NCBI RefSeq assembly: GCF_035594765.1
Contig: NW_026943819.1
Span: 18,712,703 to 18,776,702, forward strand
DNA from: Anolis carolinensis
Lineage: Eukaryota
Direction of reading: 5' to 3'
Length of the DNA stretch: 64,000 nt
Below are positions 25,534-39,357 of this stretch, one piece after another. The position numbers and the translations under genes were made by a program. Positions within the stretch are counted from its first letter, which is position 1; each line of letters opens with the position of its first letter. Below the pieces are notes generated by a model, which did not search any database, was not told the DNA's origin, and worked only from the letters and a program-made list of their open reading frames with translations.

Positions 25534-26491
25534 ATGGAATGATGGGAGTTGCTAGTTTGGTGAGGCACCAGCACTCCTTGGCAGAGATAGCTAAAGACTT
25601 TGTAAAAATTACAAGTCCCACAGTTCCATAACACTGAGCCATGGCAGTTGAAGTAGTCTCAAATTACATTTGTTTTGCAGTACAGATGTACACACAGTCT
25701 ACTTTTTCAGATGTGCAGAGTGAGGCGAAGGTGTATTTCACTCCCTGCATCTGAGGAAGTAGTCTCAGGCTGAAAACTCATGCTAGCATGTGGCTCATTT
25801 GGGTCTGATTTATTTGACTTTGTACAGTGGTTGCTTTTTATCCTGGTTAAGTTTTAGGATTCTTGTTAATGGTTTTTATGGTTTTTAACTTTTATGGTGA
25901 ACCATCCAGAACAAATTGCCTATTCATCTCTATTGATGTAAAAACAAACATAGGGACATGGAGAAAAACAAGAACACTTTAATTGGAATAAATGAAGACA
26001 GGTAGTAATCTCATCTGGAGATGTCTGTAGGTATTTTTAGATTTTAGGTGGGGAAATAGCGACACTGCTCACACAATAAAGCTGACTTTGATGGTGATTG
26101 GATGTGAAAAACCCTACCAGACCAGCTCTCTGTGCTTCTTAACTTCAGGGTCCCATGATCAAATTGTTTTCCCTTTCCACATTGCTCCTCATGAACTCTT
26201 CTGCTCAACTCTCTGTGCCCGAGGGGACAGGGCTGGAAATGGAAGTACAGGCTTCCCTCGGGTGCCAAGCTGTCAGAGCCCACTCGGTTAGCATCAGATC
26301 TGCCCCTTCTCTCTTCACTACATTGAGATGAAATCTTTGGAGATGGAAAAACAAAAAGAGTAAGCTCTTACACTGAACTGGAAGTGAGGGGAGAAAAAGA
26401 AGTGGCAAGGGACCCAAGGGGAGCGACAACAGATAATCTTGAGAAATGGCTTTCTCTTGGGTTTCTGCAAGCTGTTTTCAAGAGCAACAGT

Positions 26492-26546
26492 TAGAATCAT
26501 AGAGTTGGAAGAGACCTCATGGGCCATCCAGTCCAACCCCATTCTG
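26492..26546 (-). mobile_element. CR1 3' tail fragment
   Basis: Reverse complement of ~58560-58610. Confidence 0.8.
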
Positions 26547-26921
26547 TAATGCAGATATGCATTTGTACCTTTGAGTCATTCCAACTTATGGTGAACCTAC
26601 CATGGACGTTTCTTCACAATATTATTTAGAAAGAATTTACCTTTGCCTTTCACTGAGTCTGAAAGTGTATGATTTGTTCAAGATCAGCCAGCTCTACAGT
26701 TACTGGAAATAATGCTTATTGCCCACTTCAAGCCAGATCAGAGACTCAGCCATGTTCATACATCCAGTTTACTCTTCAGCACATTGGACAGTTCATGTAA
26801 TATATTCAGGATAAAGCTCAGAGTGGATTCAAGCCCTAGCAACAAAGAAGCTACAACTACTTTTAAAGTGAAGTCTTACACTCTACCTCCAACTTTAAAA
26901 AAAATTATTTGCATACTATTA

Positions 26922-26959
<38 letters not shown>

Positions 26960-26960
<1 letters not shown>

Positions 26961-27360
26961 TCTGGAACACAACACACCAGACATCACAGTTGTGGAAAAG
27001 AAAAAGGTTTGGATCATTGATGTTGCCATCCCAGGTGACAGTCGCATTGACGAAAAACAACAGGAAAAACTCAGCCGCTATCAGGACCTCAAGATTGAAC
27101 TTCAAAGACTCTGGCAGAAACCAGTACAGGTGGTCCCAGTGGTGACTGGCACATTGGGTGCCGTGCCAAAAGATCTCAGCCGGCATTTGGAAACAATAGA
27201 CATTGACAAAATCACAATCTGCCAACTGCAAAAGGCCACCCTACTGGGATCTGCACACATAATCCGAAAATACATCACACAGTCCTAGACACTTGGGAAG
27301 TGTTCAACTTGTGATTTTGTGATTCCAAATCCAGCATATCTATTTTGTTTGCTGTGTCAT
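26960..27360 (+). mobile_element. R4/Dong-clade retrotransposon, 5'-truncated
   Basis: ORF 26992-27288 gives the endonuclease C-terminus; (TAA)n on both sides. Confidence 0.92.
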
Positions 27361-27361
27361 A

Positions 27362-27412
<51 letters not shown>

Positions 27413-27849
27413 ATTTTATATCCCGCCACCTTACAAAGGCACTCCAGGGTACAGCATATAAAACAGTACATAAGTATAAAACAATAACACATAAAATTAT
27501 AACAACGATCACTATCAAGACATAAAACATAAAATAAAATAGCTCAATTTTAGAAATGCAGAACACTTGTAGATAAAAACTATCTGCCCCCAACTCTTAA
27601 ACTAAAGTCCCAGAGGGTCAACCTCATATTTCATCTTTCTCTGCCTTTTGATCAACCCTTAAAAGTATTACTAAACAGATGGATTGACAGAATAATTTTT
27701 TTGTAATAGTTCCCTTTCCATATTTCAACCTTCTTGCCAGATCTCCAAATGACCTCATTGTCTTCCATAAGTGTCCAGGAGTCTTAGCCTAGTCCTTCAT
27801 CACTATGGCTACTATTGGCAAGCCCTTTTTCAAGTTTCCTCCTCTCTTC

Positions 27850-28014
27850 CATGCAGTCATGCCAGCCACATGAGTTTGGAGGCATCTATGGACAGCGGAC
27901 AACTCTACGGTCTATAGACAACGGCAACTCTTCAGCTAAAAAATGGAGATGAGCACCAACCCACTGAGTCAGACACTACTAGACTTAATGTCAGAGGAAA
28001 ACCTTTACCTTTAC
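27850..28014 (+). mobile_element. Sauria SINE 3' part
   Basis: gagatgagcaccaac...acctttacctttac. Confidence 0.8.
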
Positions 28015-28056
28015 TTCTCTTCCATTCTGATTCCTGAGCCAATTGGGTCTCATTTT

Positions 28057-28058
28057 GA

Positions 28059-28120
<62 letters not shown>
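28057..28120 (+). repeat. (GAAA)n microsatellite
   Basis: Directly visible. Confidence 0.98.
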
Positions 28121-28122
<2 letters not shown>

Positions 28123-28829
28123 CAGACAGAAAGTCTGAAGCAGTTGGAGCTTTATGAGCTTTGGCGTCTAGTTTCCTTAGGGAGTGAGGAGAAAATCATG
28201 CAGTCCTTAGCTGCTGGAAATCAAATTACTCTTTGGCTCATGTGCAAAGCCCATTCATGAATTAACAACCTTTCACTTAATCACTGCAAGTTGATATTTA
28301 TCACAGGTACGTTTTACAAGATGAATTGTGTCACCAGAGCTGGCAGGCATTTGCCAAGTCCCACCAGCAGCTGCAATGGTTCATTAGTGAGGATGTGGTA
28401 TTGGCTCCAAAGTGCCACTTCCCATCCTCAAGCTTCATAAGTAGGGAGCGAGATCATTATGAGATGGCTGTACCTACTTAAAGGAGTGGGAGACACAGTA
28501 AATTTAAACAGAAAAAGATGTTGGGAAACTGTTAACACTTTTTTATACTAATATGGAAACCATTACATTTTCTAAACAATGAGACCTGGAAAGTGGTTGG
28601 AAAAAACAACGTAGTCCAATATCAAGATGTTTGCCCTTGATGAACATAACATTTAACCATAGGCTATTCTCCTTAACCAAGATAAATATTACCTAAATAT
28701 GAAGTAAGTTGGGAAAGAATGGTTTAGTGTTGTTTCTGAACCAAATAAACTATGCTTAAGACAATTTAGCTATCTCCCTTCTTGCAATATAATTTGCAAT
28801 TGTTTTTCAGACACAACATATTCTATATA

Positions 28830-29152
28830 CAGTAGAGTCTCACTTATCCAACATAAACGGGCCGGCAGAACGTTGGATAAGCGAATATGTTGGTTAATAA
28901 GGAGAGATTAAGAAAAAGCCTATTAAACATCAAATTAGGTTATGATTTTACAAATTAAGCACCAAAATATCATGTTATACAACAAGTTTGACAGAAAAAG
29001 TAGTTCATTACACATTAATGCTATGTAGTAATTACTGTATTTACGAATTTAGCACCAAAATATCACGATATATTGAAAACATTGACTACAAAAATGTGTT
29101 GGATAATCCAGAACATTGGATAAGTGAGTCTTGGATAAGTGAGACTCTACTG
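28830..29152 (+). mobile_element. Tc1/mariner MITE (CAGTAGAG family)
   Basis: TIRs and TA TSD. Confidence 0.92.
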
Positions 29153-30648
29153 TAATTAGAAATTTAGTCAAAACATCAATCCAACCTGGGTTGACTTATT
29201 CAGCATATGTGTAAGTATTGTACCCTAACTCTTATCAAAGAACGAATCATCAATTTCTCTGCATACAGCAGCAAAAAGCAAGGGCTCAGTCTGATCTGGG
29301 AGAATCTATAAGGAGTACTTATTCTCTCTAGTGTCTCCACTGTGACACCACTTTTGGTTTTTCTTAATGTTTAGGCAAGGAATTGATGAGGGCAGCTTTC
29401 CCCTCTTCATTGAACATCCCTCAAGTACGCAATGGGTAATATAAAAATCCATAATTTCAGCCCCAAAACCTGTTAATGCATATATGAGTTTGACTTATAC
29501 GTGAGTATATATGACAATGAAAACTGTTATTTAATTCATACAGCATTTGTGCATCTATAGCATCCACAAGTGATCACCCATACACATTTGAACCCAACCT
29601 GATTCAACTGAGTATATGTACCAGTACCGGCTCTTTAGCTGAAAATGAAACTTGACCAGAGTGTTTGGAATGTGAAGAGAATGGTCTCTTGACACTAGTG
29701 GATGCTTTTGCTTTTCATCCTCACTACTGTTATCTTTATATAACATGATCACACAAGAACATTTATAAAAGCCTCCAGGATGTTGGTCTCATTTGAGTTC
29801 AAAATAGCAACACGTCTCGCACAACAAACAACTTTCCATTCCAAAAAGCAAGAAAATCTTGCCACGTATGAGGATGAGCAAGTAACTCACTCCCCACTCT
29901 ATCCCAACACATCCTTGCCTCGGGGATCCAGGTTTGTCCAATTTATTTGAATGAATATACACTAGAAGCACTATTTTTATTTGGTGGATGGAAATGCATC
30001 CTTTAAAAAGGCTGCTGGACATAGAAGACAGAGAGAATTCCTCTTGATATGAATCCCCCAAAACCTTGCAAAGACCATCTCAAATGTAGTGATAGAAAAA
30101 AGAAATAGACTTTCTCTGAAAAATTAAATGTTTTTGCATGGCCTAAATGGACAAGATCCAGTCAAAGAATAAAACTGTTTCACTGCTCTGGTTGAAAATG
30201 AAATCAAGTAATCCATCAACTGATATAATAGCGTCCTTCCAGTCTCTATCTTTACTGTTCCCAGAGAATAAGATATCTGTGGTTATCTCAAACAACAGTT
30301 CTTTGAGGAGTTTCAAGCTTCCCTTCTTGCAATTAAATAGGCAAGAATAATGCAACAGCAAAATAATTGTGGTGATATTAAGTTTCTGACTATTATGTGA
30401 AATAATGTATGATGTATGAGACATCTCGTTATGATTAATTATTTTGCATGTTATTTTATATGATAAAGCAGAACAAAACAAAAATAACTCTTCTAAGAAC
30501 TAGAAGTGAGTCACTGACAGGCTCTAGGCTTATGCCACTCATAATATTATCAAGATACAAGGGATCACAAAGGCCACCAAGTCCAATCCCCAAATATGTA
30601 GGAAAACATACTAACTAAAGCACTCTCTAAAGATAATCACCATCCAAT

Positions 30649-30788
30649 GTGTTGTTGAAGGCTTTCATGGCTGGAATCAATGGGTTGCTATGAGTTTTCC
30701 AGGCTGTATAGCCATGTGTCAGAAGTAAACATCAGGAGAGAATACTTCTGGAACATGGCCATACAGCCTGGAAAACTCAAAGCAACCC
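30649..30788 (-). mobile_element. Penelope-like fold-back mini-insertion within an old CR1 fragment
   Basis: Same family as 20623; perfect 14-bp TSD AATCACCATCCAAT. Confidence 0.65.
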
Positions 30789-31230
30789 AATCACCATCCA
30801 ATCTTCAACCTTCTCAATATCAGTAAACATACAGACATCTAGGTAAAACTCTCCATGTCCCTGTTTGAGGGCATGGTGAAGGGAGCCACTGGCTCAGTTT
30901 TGTGCTATACGTATATGCTATAAGGACTCACAGAACTCCATGTAGTTTTCTTTTTTAAAGCATTTAAAATAATGGAAGAGGTTGTTTATGAATTTATAGT
31001 GAAGTGTTGTTGGTATGTAAAGAGTATGCATACTTTTTTCTGGGCAATTTAGATCTGCAGAAGACACTTTTTTGCTTTAGATTAAAGATAAAAGAGATCC
31101 TCCATTCCAAGTAAAGAAGTGAACTGAACTATCAGCGAATTCGTGCTTCCGTGTAGAGAAGTATCTTCTCAAAGAAAGCACACCATTTTCAGATTTTCCT
31201 CATAAATTTATATTTCTATTACATAGAAAA

Positions 31231-32237
31231 GGGGGGCCCTGGTGGCACAGTGCATTAAAGCGCTGAGCTGCTGAACTTGCAGACCAAAAAGTCCCAGGTT
31301 CAAATCCCAGGAGCGGAATGTGCGTCCGCTGTTAGCCCCAGCTCCTGCCAACCTAGCAGTTCGAAAACATGCAAATGTGAGTAGATCAATAGGTATCACT
31401 CCAGCAGGAAGGTAATGGCACTCCATGCAGTCATGCCGGCCACATGACCTTGGGGTGTCTATGGACAATGCTGGCTCTCCAGCTTAAAAATGGAGATGAG
31501 CACTGAAGAGGACTGAGGTGACAGGGATGATTTAGTGGATAAGGAAGGATAACGGAATTGATTGGGTTTAAATGAGTAAAGATGGTAACTTATATAGGAA
31601 AGTACGGTAACTTATATAGATAGGTACGGTAACTGCCACCAACGTGAGGTAACAGGCTTACAGAGAGGCAAGGAGACTTATCTTTATGACCAATAACAAA
31701 ATTCAAGTTTATTTTTGGTACATAAGCGTATGGTTTCAATCAGTAAACGTTCCGGATCTTAAGTTACAATGTAGTCTTTCTTGAATGGATATTTCTTAAA
31801 TAACTTCTCTTCAACACAGTATACTAAACTCCCCCGGTCAGCTTATATTCCCAGCCTTTCCCCTGAGTGACCATAAGCTGCCGTCCTTAGCTGATTTCCC
31901 CAGCTCCTAATCTTTCCAAAACCTAACCGCAACTGTCCTTTTTAAAACCCTCACAGCAACTGAACTTTTAAAAGGGAATATGCTCCAACTGTCATCTTAG
32001 CCACGCCCCTTTTCTCCCAAGGGAAGCTGTGTTACCATGGCAACCTACCAAATGCTGCTTCCAGCTAGTTTCCATGTTAGGCTTTTCCTTGCTAATATAT
32101 AACTCCCTTTTCCCTTAACAAACAAATAAATAAAATCATATCAATAATCTCTGTTTAACACACAACTTCTCTACAAGCACCAACCCCCAGAGTCAGTCAC
32201 GGCTGGACTTAACATCAGGGGAAACCTTTACCTTTTT
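31231..32237 (+). mobile_element. Sauria SINE split by a solo LTR
   Basis: SINE halves 31231-31503 and 32176-32237; 13-bp TSD TATTACATAGAAA. Confidence 0.9.
31504..32175 (-). mobile_element. Solo LTR (672 bp)
   Basis: TGAAGAG...CTCTACA termini; 5-bp TSD AGCAC; AATAAA on minus strand ~31710 (strand tentative). Confidence 0.85.
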
Positions 32238-35200
32238 TATTACATAGAAATATAAATTCATGTGCAGAAAAAAAGCTGTTTCCCATGCAAGAAATATTGT
32301 TTTATGTTAATTACTCTTGTGCAAATTTTGTACAAAATACAGCCCCCCAAATCAATTATTTGCTGCACAAGACTAAGCTTCTTATGGCTAGGAAATAATG
32401 TTTCTGTACAGAAATGTCATTTTCTGAGATATTTCCTAAACAAAGCAGTCTTTTGTACATTTTGCATAGAATATGTTCAAAAGTGCATAGAATTTGTCAT
32501 TCCAGGATTTTTTCTTCACACACATCCATTTTTCACCATGTTTCTTACCTCGTTGATTTACATCCAGAAACCTATGTCCTCTCTAAAGGTTTTCTGGGTC
32601 CTCAAGCCCATATTTTTGGGTCATTTTAATAGGCTTCACTATTTTATGCATTATTCACAGTAACTCCAGGAATGTACCTGCATGTATATGGGATCATGTA
32701 TATTATTTTCAACTGGACAACACATCTAATGACGTAAGGCAAATTGTTTAAAAGAAAGAGTGCTGGTTTTTCTCTGTTCTGCCTCTGAAACAGCACTTTG
32801 TTCCCTGATACAGCTCGTTCTATGCTTGCTTATACCATCCATCCCCATTTTTGAATGACTACTATCTTGCCTGATGTATACTTTTTTGGGGACTAGCCAT
32901 TTCCATCCTTTCATGACATCAATTTTACTGCTTTCCTCCACTTTGGCGTTTCTTTACATGCTCACAATGTGGGCATTTATGGGAAAGACATGAGCAGGAC
33001 AGTGACTCCAGAAACTAAAATTAGGGAAGGGATGGTCAATGAAAGAGTTGTTTCTATCAACACTTTTTAAATCAACCCACAAAGGCCATTTAAACATCCC
33101 ATACTGTCCTCACATTTAAAGCACAATGTCTTCATTTCTCCCTCTCTTCTTCCCACTATGACTCTTTCTTTTTCTTTTTAAAAAACTTATCTTCATGGGC
33201 TCCTATGTAAAAAGAAAATTCTTTCACCAAGCAACTCCAGTAGTAAAGTGCTCCATTTAGAAAATTCCTAATAAATCACCAAACACAATTGCTGCTAGAA
33301 TGCCAAATTTGACAAATGGAAAATAAATTGCACCAACCCTGACAGTTGAATAAGTATGTTTTTTTCCTGATATATTCACAAATGAGGCATTTAAAAACAA
33401 AAACAATAGTTCGCCAAACACCCTTACTGGAATCAATGTTGCCATTAACACAGCACCTTAGGACATAAAAGAGTTTAGCTGTAATAATTAAAATAACTAT
33501 TTCCCTATGATTTTTTTTCATTTTCAGCAACTATTATAGGTCAGTTGCATTACAATTGTCACTTTACAAGGGATACGTTCATTTATTTTTATTTATTTTT
33601 TTGCACTGGAAATAAATATTTAGCTACTTTTATAGTTGCATGGGTGGCAGAAGACTTGTCCACGTAGTTTATATTCTGGTTTCTGCTTGTAATGGCAACC
33701 TAACACATTGTATGGCATGTTGAGGAAACACCTGGCTGAAAACATGGAAACAACAAAGGATTAATTAGGACGGTCTCTACCAAACAAGGACAGCTGGGAG
33801 AGTATGTGAAATGGGCATGAATGTATTGTGCACCAGCTTGTAACAATTATATTTTAAAAATTAATTACTGGGACATCATATCCATTTTGGAATCAGGAAA
33901 GTACTTTAAAAAACAAAACTATAACAGAAAATATGTTACTAAACTTCATGATCCCAACTAGTTATGTTAATAGGCACTTTTCAAAACTCTGTTACATATA
34001 TATTTATACCATCAGTACAAATTCACTTAATTTTAGCCAACTCCCCTATGTGCTTTCTCCCATTTAAAATCATCACTTGAAATCATTAACGTCTTGAAAA
34101 TAATCAAATACACATTTAGAAATTTCTCAATTAATAAACATATAGATTCATCATTTCCCTCTCCATGCACAATTTATCCTACCAAATGGAACCACTCCAC
34201 AGCAAAGTTAATTTCCTATTACAATCATGCAGGGTTGGAATTAGGTTTGTAACAAGTGACAGTCGATGTCAATTTGTCCATATTCAGGGAAACAGATGGA
34301 AATCACAGCAGTAATAATTAATAATGCCAATGCAAAGAGAAAAGAGTTGCCCTGAATCTCTGATTGTTTGGGAAATGGGGGGGAAGAAGCACTTGCAAAC
34401 TTCATGAATCTACTACAAAGTATTCCAAGTGTATAGGAGGGGTTTTGAGCTGCTTCACACATGTTTATACCCTCTATAGTTTAGAAGAGGACATACTCCA
34501 GTTTCTATTTAACTCCATGAAAGAATCAGTTTGTAATTATCATTTTTAAGGTTATCTTTTTCATGTGCCTTTTATCCCTAATACTCACATTTTCATCTCC
34601 AGTTTTTTTTGAGTAGTCATACTATTCAATGGGATGTTGTTCTTTCTAATATGTACGTCTTGGTGGCCAGTCTTCTATAGCATGTAAACCAATTTTGATG
34701 CAAGCTTTTGACTGGATAATTGTTTCACAAAATGAGAAAAAGTGAATACATTATGTAAAGCATACCTTTCTTTGGTTTTCTATATTGAGTGGATACATGT
34801 GGTTTACATGAATGAATTAATAGGTAAAGCAAAACCAAATCCATTTCTCCATTACCTACCACTTACAGGTGCAAATGTGAACTTTCTTCACTGAAAACCA
34901 AACACATTTGTAGGGATACAATATCTGTAATTACAAGTTGCTCAAGAATGCACTTAGGTCTGTCACTGTGGCTCACTCACATCAAAATCCCTAGTGGGCC
35001 GTTGCCTACGGCAAGCCGGTATATCCATTGATTCCCTCTGGATCCATTCTAAAAAGAAGTCTGAGCTAAGCAGTGGCATAATGTGATTCCATATTTAGCA
35101 CTGGACGGCCTCATTTTGTCTGGAGTCCATCAATAACTTCTTCCATTTGGTCAAGACTGAAGATGGCAGGTGCAAAATAGGGATGAGGAATTGGGATCCA

Positions 35201-35280
35201 GGCTGTTGTTGGACTGTAACTCTTTGAATAAGAGGAATTTAATGCTGCACTGCAGCCACTCTAGCTTAATGCCCTTAAGG

Positions 35281-35415
35281 CAGTAGTTCTCAACCTGGGG
35301 TTCCCAGATGTTTTTGACCTACAACTCCCAGAAATCCCATCCAGTTTACCAGCTGTTAGGATTTCTGGAAGTTGAAGGCCAAAAACATCTGGGGACCCCT
35401 GGTTGAGAACCACTG
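35281..35415. mobile_element. hAT-type MITE
   Basis: Same family as 5606; TSD CCTTAAG(G/C). Confidence 0.9.
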
Positions 35416-35612
35416 CCTTAAGCAAAGAACCAGTCTTTCCACTATTTTGTGCAGAGCAGACTCCTTAGCATTACCTGTGTCTTATGAATAGGAATTGACA
35501 AGACAGGTAGCTGCATCTGACACTAGCACTACCACTAACAGTATCCTTTTCTGTAACAGAGAATAGGAGGGTCCAGTTTAGTGGCTAAAGTTCAAGGGAC
35601 AAAAAGTAGATA

Positions 35613-36352
35613 CAGTAGAGTCTCACTTATCCAAGCTAAACGGGCCAGCAGAAGCTTGGATAAGCGAATATCTTGGATAATAAGGAGGGATTAAGGAAAA
35701 GCCTATTAAACATCAAATTAAGTTATGATTTTACAAATTAAGCACCAAAACAGCATGTTATACAACAAATTTGACAGAAAGAGTAGTTCAGATAAACCCT
35801 TAATAATCTTCTCTTGGCACGGACTGGGTGTCTTTTAATACCATCTCTGTATAGCAATAGTTCCTGATTATGGCACATCTGGGAGTCGGGTAATATAGCA
35901 CATTCCTAGGAAAAGGAAGGGCGAGAAGGATCAACTCTGATATAATTATTTATATTCCCATGTTCATCCCTTTCTAGGAATATTGGCTTCCTGGTGTCAA
36001 AATACAGTTTATAAAGGCTAAGGATAAATACAGTAGAGTCTCGCTTATCCAAAGTAAACAGGCCGGCACAACGTTGGATAAGTGAATATGTTGGATAATA
36101 AGGAGAGATTAAGGAAAAGCCTATTAAACATCAAATTAGGTTATGATTTTACAAATTAAGCACCAAAACATCAGGTTATACAACACATTTGACAAAAAAG
36201 TAGTTCAATACGCAGTAATGCTATGTAGTAATTACTGTATTTACGAATTTAGCACCAAAATATCATGATGTATTGAAAACATTGACTACAAAAATGCATT
36301 GGATAATCCGGAACGTTGGATAAGCGAGTGTTAGATAAGTGAGACTCTACTG
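35613..36352 (+). mobile_element. Composite Tc1/mariner MITE: half MITE + 240-bp captured DNA + full MITE
   Basis: Outer TIRs with TA; 35791-36030 identical to 41141-41380. Confidence 0.88.
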
Positions 36353-37329
36353 TACTTTCATCAAGCACCATGCTTGCTACTTTGACTGACAGGAGAGAGA
36401 GTAAGAGACGGCAGGCAACAGATGGAGGCTGCCCTTGGTTCGAGGTCCAGGAACAATGCCATGTTGAATCCAATAGTACTTATGGTCCTGGAAGGTAGTA
36501 GAACACACAAGTCTATCCTCCAGTATCTTACAAACTGTTACCATGTATTACCAGAGACAATGCTTAGGGCAACTGCTTCAGTCTACTTCTACACGGTCCG
36601 TCCTGCCATATGCCCTGTTCCTATAAGGATCAGAATGGGGCAACAGAATTGGGGGAACTTGCATTTGTGAGCACCTTCTTTAGCCAAAGCCCTAGAAAAC
36701 CCCGTAGCGATGTACCAATTTATCTGATGCAAACAAAAGCCCTTCAGAAAAAAGTGAGGAGTCCCAGCTGCAAGCTAAGCCTGGCTTGAGCTCCATGAAT
36801 CCAGGTTCCAGAGCGACCCTATTAAAAAGCCATGTCTCTTCCATTAGAAGAAGCATAATTCCGACTTGGTGCATCCCAGGCAACAGTCCCCGGCAATTGT
36901 GTTTGTCTCTCTACTCGAGCTAAGAAATTAGTTATCTGTCTAAAACAAGCCGGCAGTTTCAAATGGTGTTTTTGTGCAATTTGCATGCCTCAACAATGTT
37001 TTATGTATTATGCTGCTTATAAGCTAAAATGTACATGCACGCTTCTGCAAATTTAGGTAAATTATGAATAAATTAAATCTTATCTAAATAAACAAGTGTC
37101 TTTTTGAACAGGAATGCAAGCTGTCATGAATATTTAAGTGGACAAGGATAAATCCTCTCCATACACTATTACTTCAAAGAGGATTTTCTAGCTTCCTGGG
37201 TTTTAGGAAGGGGGCTTTTTCAGATAGGTTTTTTTTTTAAATCAGAGAATTCAGAAGAGAAGAGGAAGGAAGGAAAATAGGTAGGTAGGAAGAACATGAA
37301 GCCTTAAGGTACTGTTACTGATTAGAAGG

Positions 37330-39165
37330 GAAAGAAGTATTCAAGGATTGCAAATCAAGACTGATAGGGAGTTAGGCTTCACCTAGCTAACTTAAACACA
37401 TTCAAATCTGCAGGGCCAGATGAAGTGCATTCCAAAGTATGGAAGGAACCTGCTTGATGTACTCTCTGAACCATTTGCCATCATTTTTGAGAAGTCATTG
37501 AGAATAGCTGGAAAAGGGCAAACATTGTTCATCTTTTCAAAAAATGGCAAAAAATGCCCAGGAAATGACAGACTAGTCAACTTGACCTCAACAGCAGGAA
37601 ACAAAAATATTAAAATTGATTATATGTCTATCTTCAAGTATCATGATGACAATCCAGTGATCAATAGAAGCCAGCATGGGTTTATCAAGAACCAATCCTA
37701 CCAAACTAATATTATATCTTTTTTTCGCATCACAAGTTTAGTAAATGGCAAGAAAGCTGTGGATGTCATTGATCTGGACTTCAACAAACCCTTTGATCAA
37801 GTCCCCCATAATATTTTGATCAACAAACTGATTAAATGTGAAATAGATGAGAACACAATTAGATTGACCATGGTTTTACAATGAATTATGGATCCAAGAG
37901 TCATCATGAATGACTGTGCTTCAAACTGGGAGGCGGTTGTACCCTGTTTCCCTGAAAATAAGACATCCCCGAAAAATAAGACCTAGTAGAAGTTTTGCTG
38001 AATTGCTAAATATAAGGCCTCCCCCGAAAGTAAGACCTAGCAAAGTTTTTGTTTGGAAGCATGCCCAGCACCTGCCAAACACAGTTTGTCTGGTTATGCT
38101 GGTTTGTGATGACAACTACTGTACAGTATATAATAAATGTTCATGTTTTAGTTCAACAATAAATGTGAATTCTTCTTCATGGAAAAACAAGACATCCCCT
38201 GAAAATAAGACCTAGCACATCTTTGGGAGCAAAAATTAATATAAGACACTGTCTTATTTTCGGGGAAACACGGTAAGTAAAATGCCTCAGGGTTTTGTCC
38301 CATGGCAATTACTCTTTAATATTTTTATCATTGTCTTAGGCAATGGGGCAAAGGAATTTTTTTTATCAAGTTAGCACATGATATTAAACTTGGAGGGCTG
38401 GCTAACACATTAGAGGATAGGGACAGTATTCCAAATAGCATAGATAAATTAGAAAGTTGGACAGAAATCAATAACATGAAATTTATTGGACACAAATGCA
38501 AAATTCTACATTTAGGCCACAAAAACCAAATGGATGGAGGATACATGGCTCAGCAATACTAAATGTGAAAAGGACTTTGGGATTATCATAAACTAAAAAG
38601 TGTGATTCTGCAGCAAAAGTGAATGCTATTTTACCCTGTGTTAATAGAAGCATACTTTCCAAGCTGATGGAAATAATAGTCTATATTATATTCTGGTCAG
38701 GCCTCATCTGGAGTACTGTGTTCAATTCTTTTAAGAAGGATACAGGCAATTTGGAGCAGATTCAGAGAAAGTCAATAAGGATGATGAAAGGTATGGAGAA
38801 TAAAAGATATCCAAAAAGGTTGAAGGAGCTGGGCATGTTCAGCTTGGTGAAGACAAGACTGATGTGACTGCACTCTTTAAATACCACAAGGACTATCATA
38901 GAGAGGAGGGAGCAGGCCTGTTGCCTCAGAGGGTAGAACCAGGTCTAATGGTTTGAAGTTGCAGGAGAATCAATTTCAACTGAACATTAGAAGGATCTAA
39001 TGTAGGGTGGTTAGGCAATGGAACCAGTTGTTTAGAGAGGGGGTGAGGTATCCTTCTCTGGATTTCTGCAAAAAGAGACTGGGGATATTGTAGCTGGAGA
39101 TTCTGCACTGAGCAAGGGGCAGGACCTGGTGGCTCTTGAGGCTCCTCCAACACTATGATTCTATA
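37330..39165 (+). mobile_element. Old degenerate CR1 LINE (RT region to 3' end), split by a MITE
   Basis: SQHGF...VDVIDLDFNKPFDQVPH, PQG and ADD-like remnants; ends ccaacactatgattctat. Confidence 0.88.
37942..38273. mobile_element. Tc1/mariner-type MITE, third family
   Basis: TIR CC(G/C)TGTTTCCC(C/T)GAAAATAAGACA; TA TSD. Confidence 0.88.
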
Positions 39166-39357
39166 AATGTGCTGTAAAGATGAGCACTGGGTATAAATCA
39201 ACTATCAGTTGGTTCGTTTCCTGGAAGTTGCAGGGAAACGTATTTGTGTCCATCACTCTGGCCATTTCTCTATTTTAGAAATCAGTCAAGGCTTCAGCAG
39301 GATCACTACCAATGTAACAGGAAACCCAAAGAGGCATCAGGAATCCTTCTGGATGCA

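Noticed and set aside
30143-30481. 112-aa minus-strand ORF as a possible exon
   Set aside because: No recognisable homology or neighbouring exons; cannot be supported without a search.
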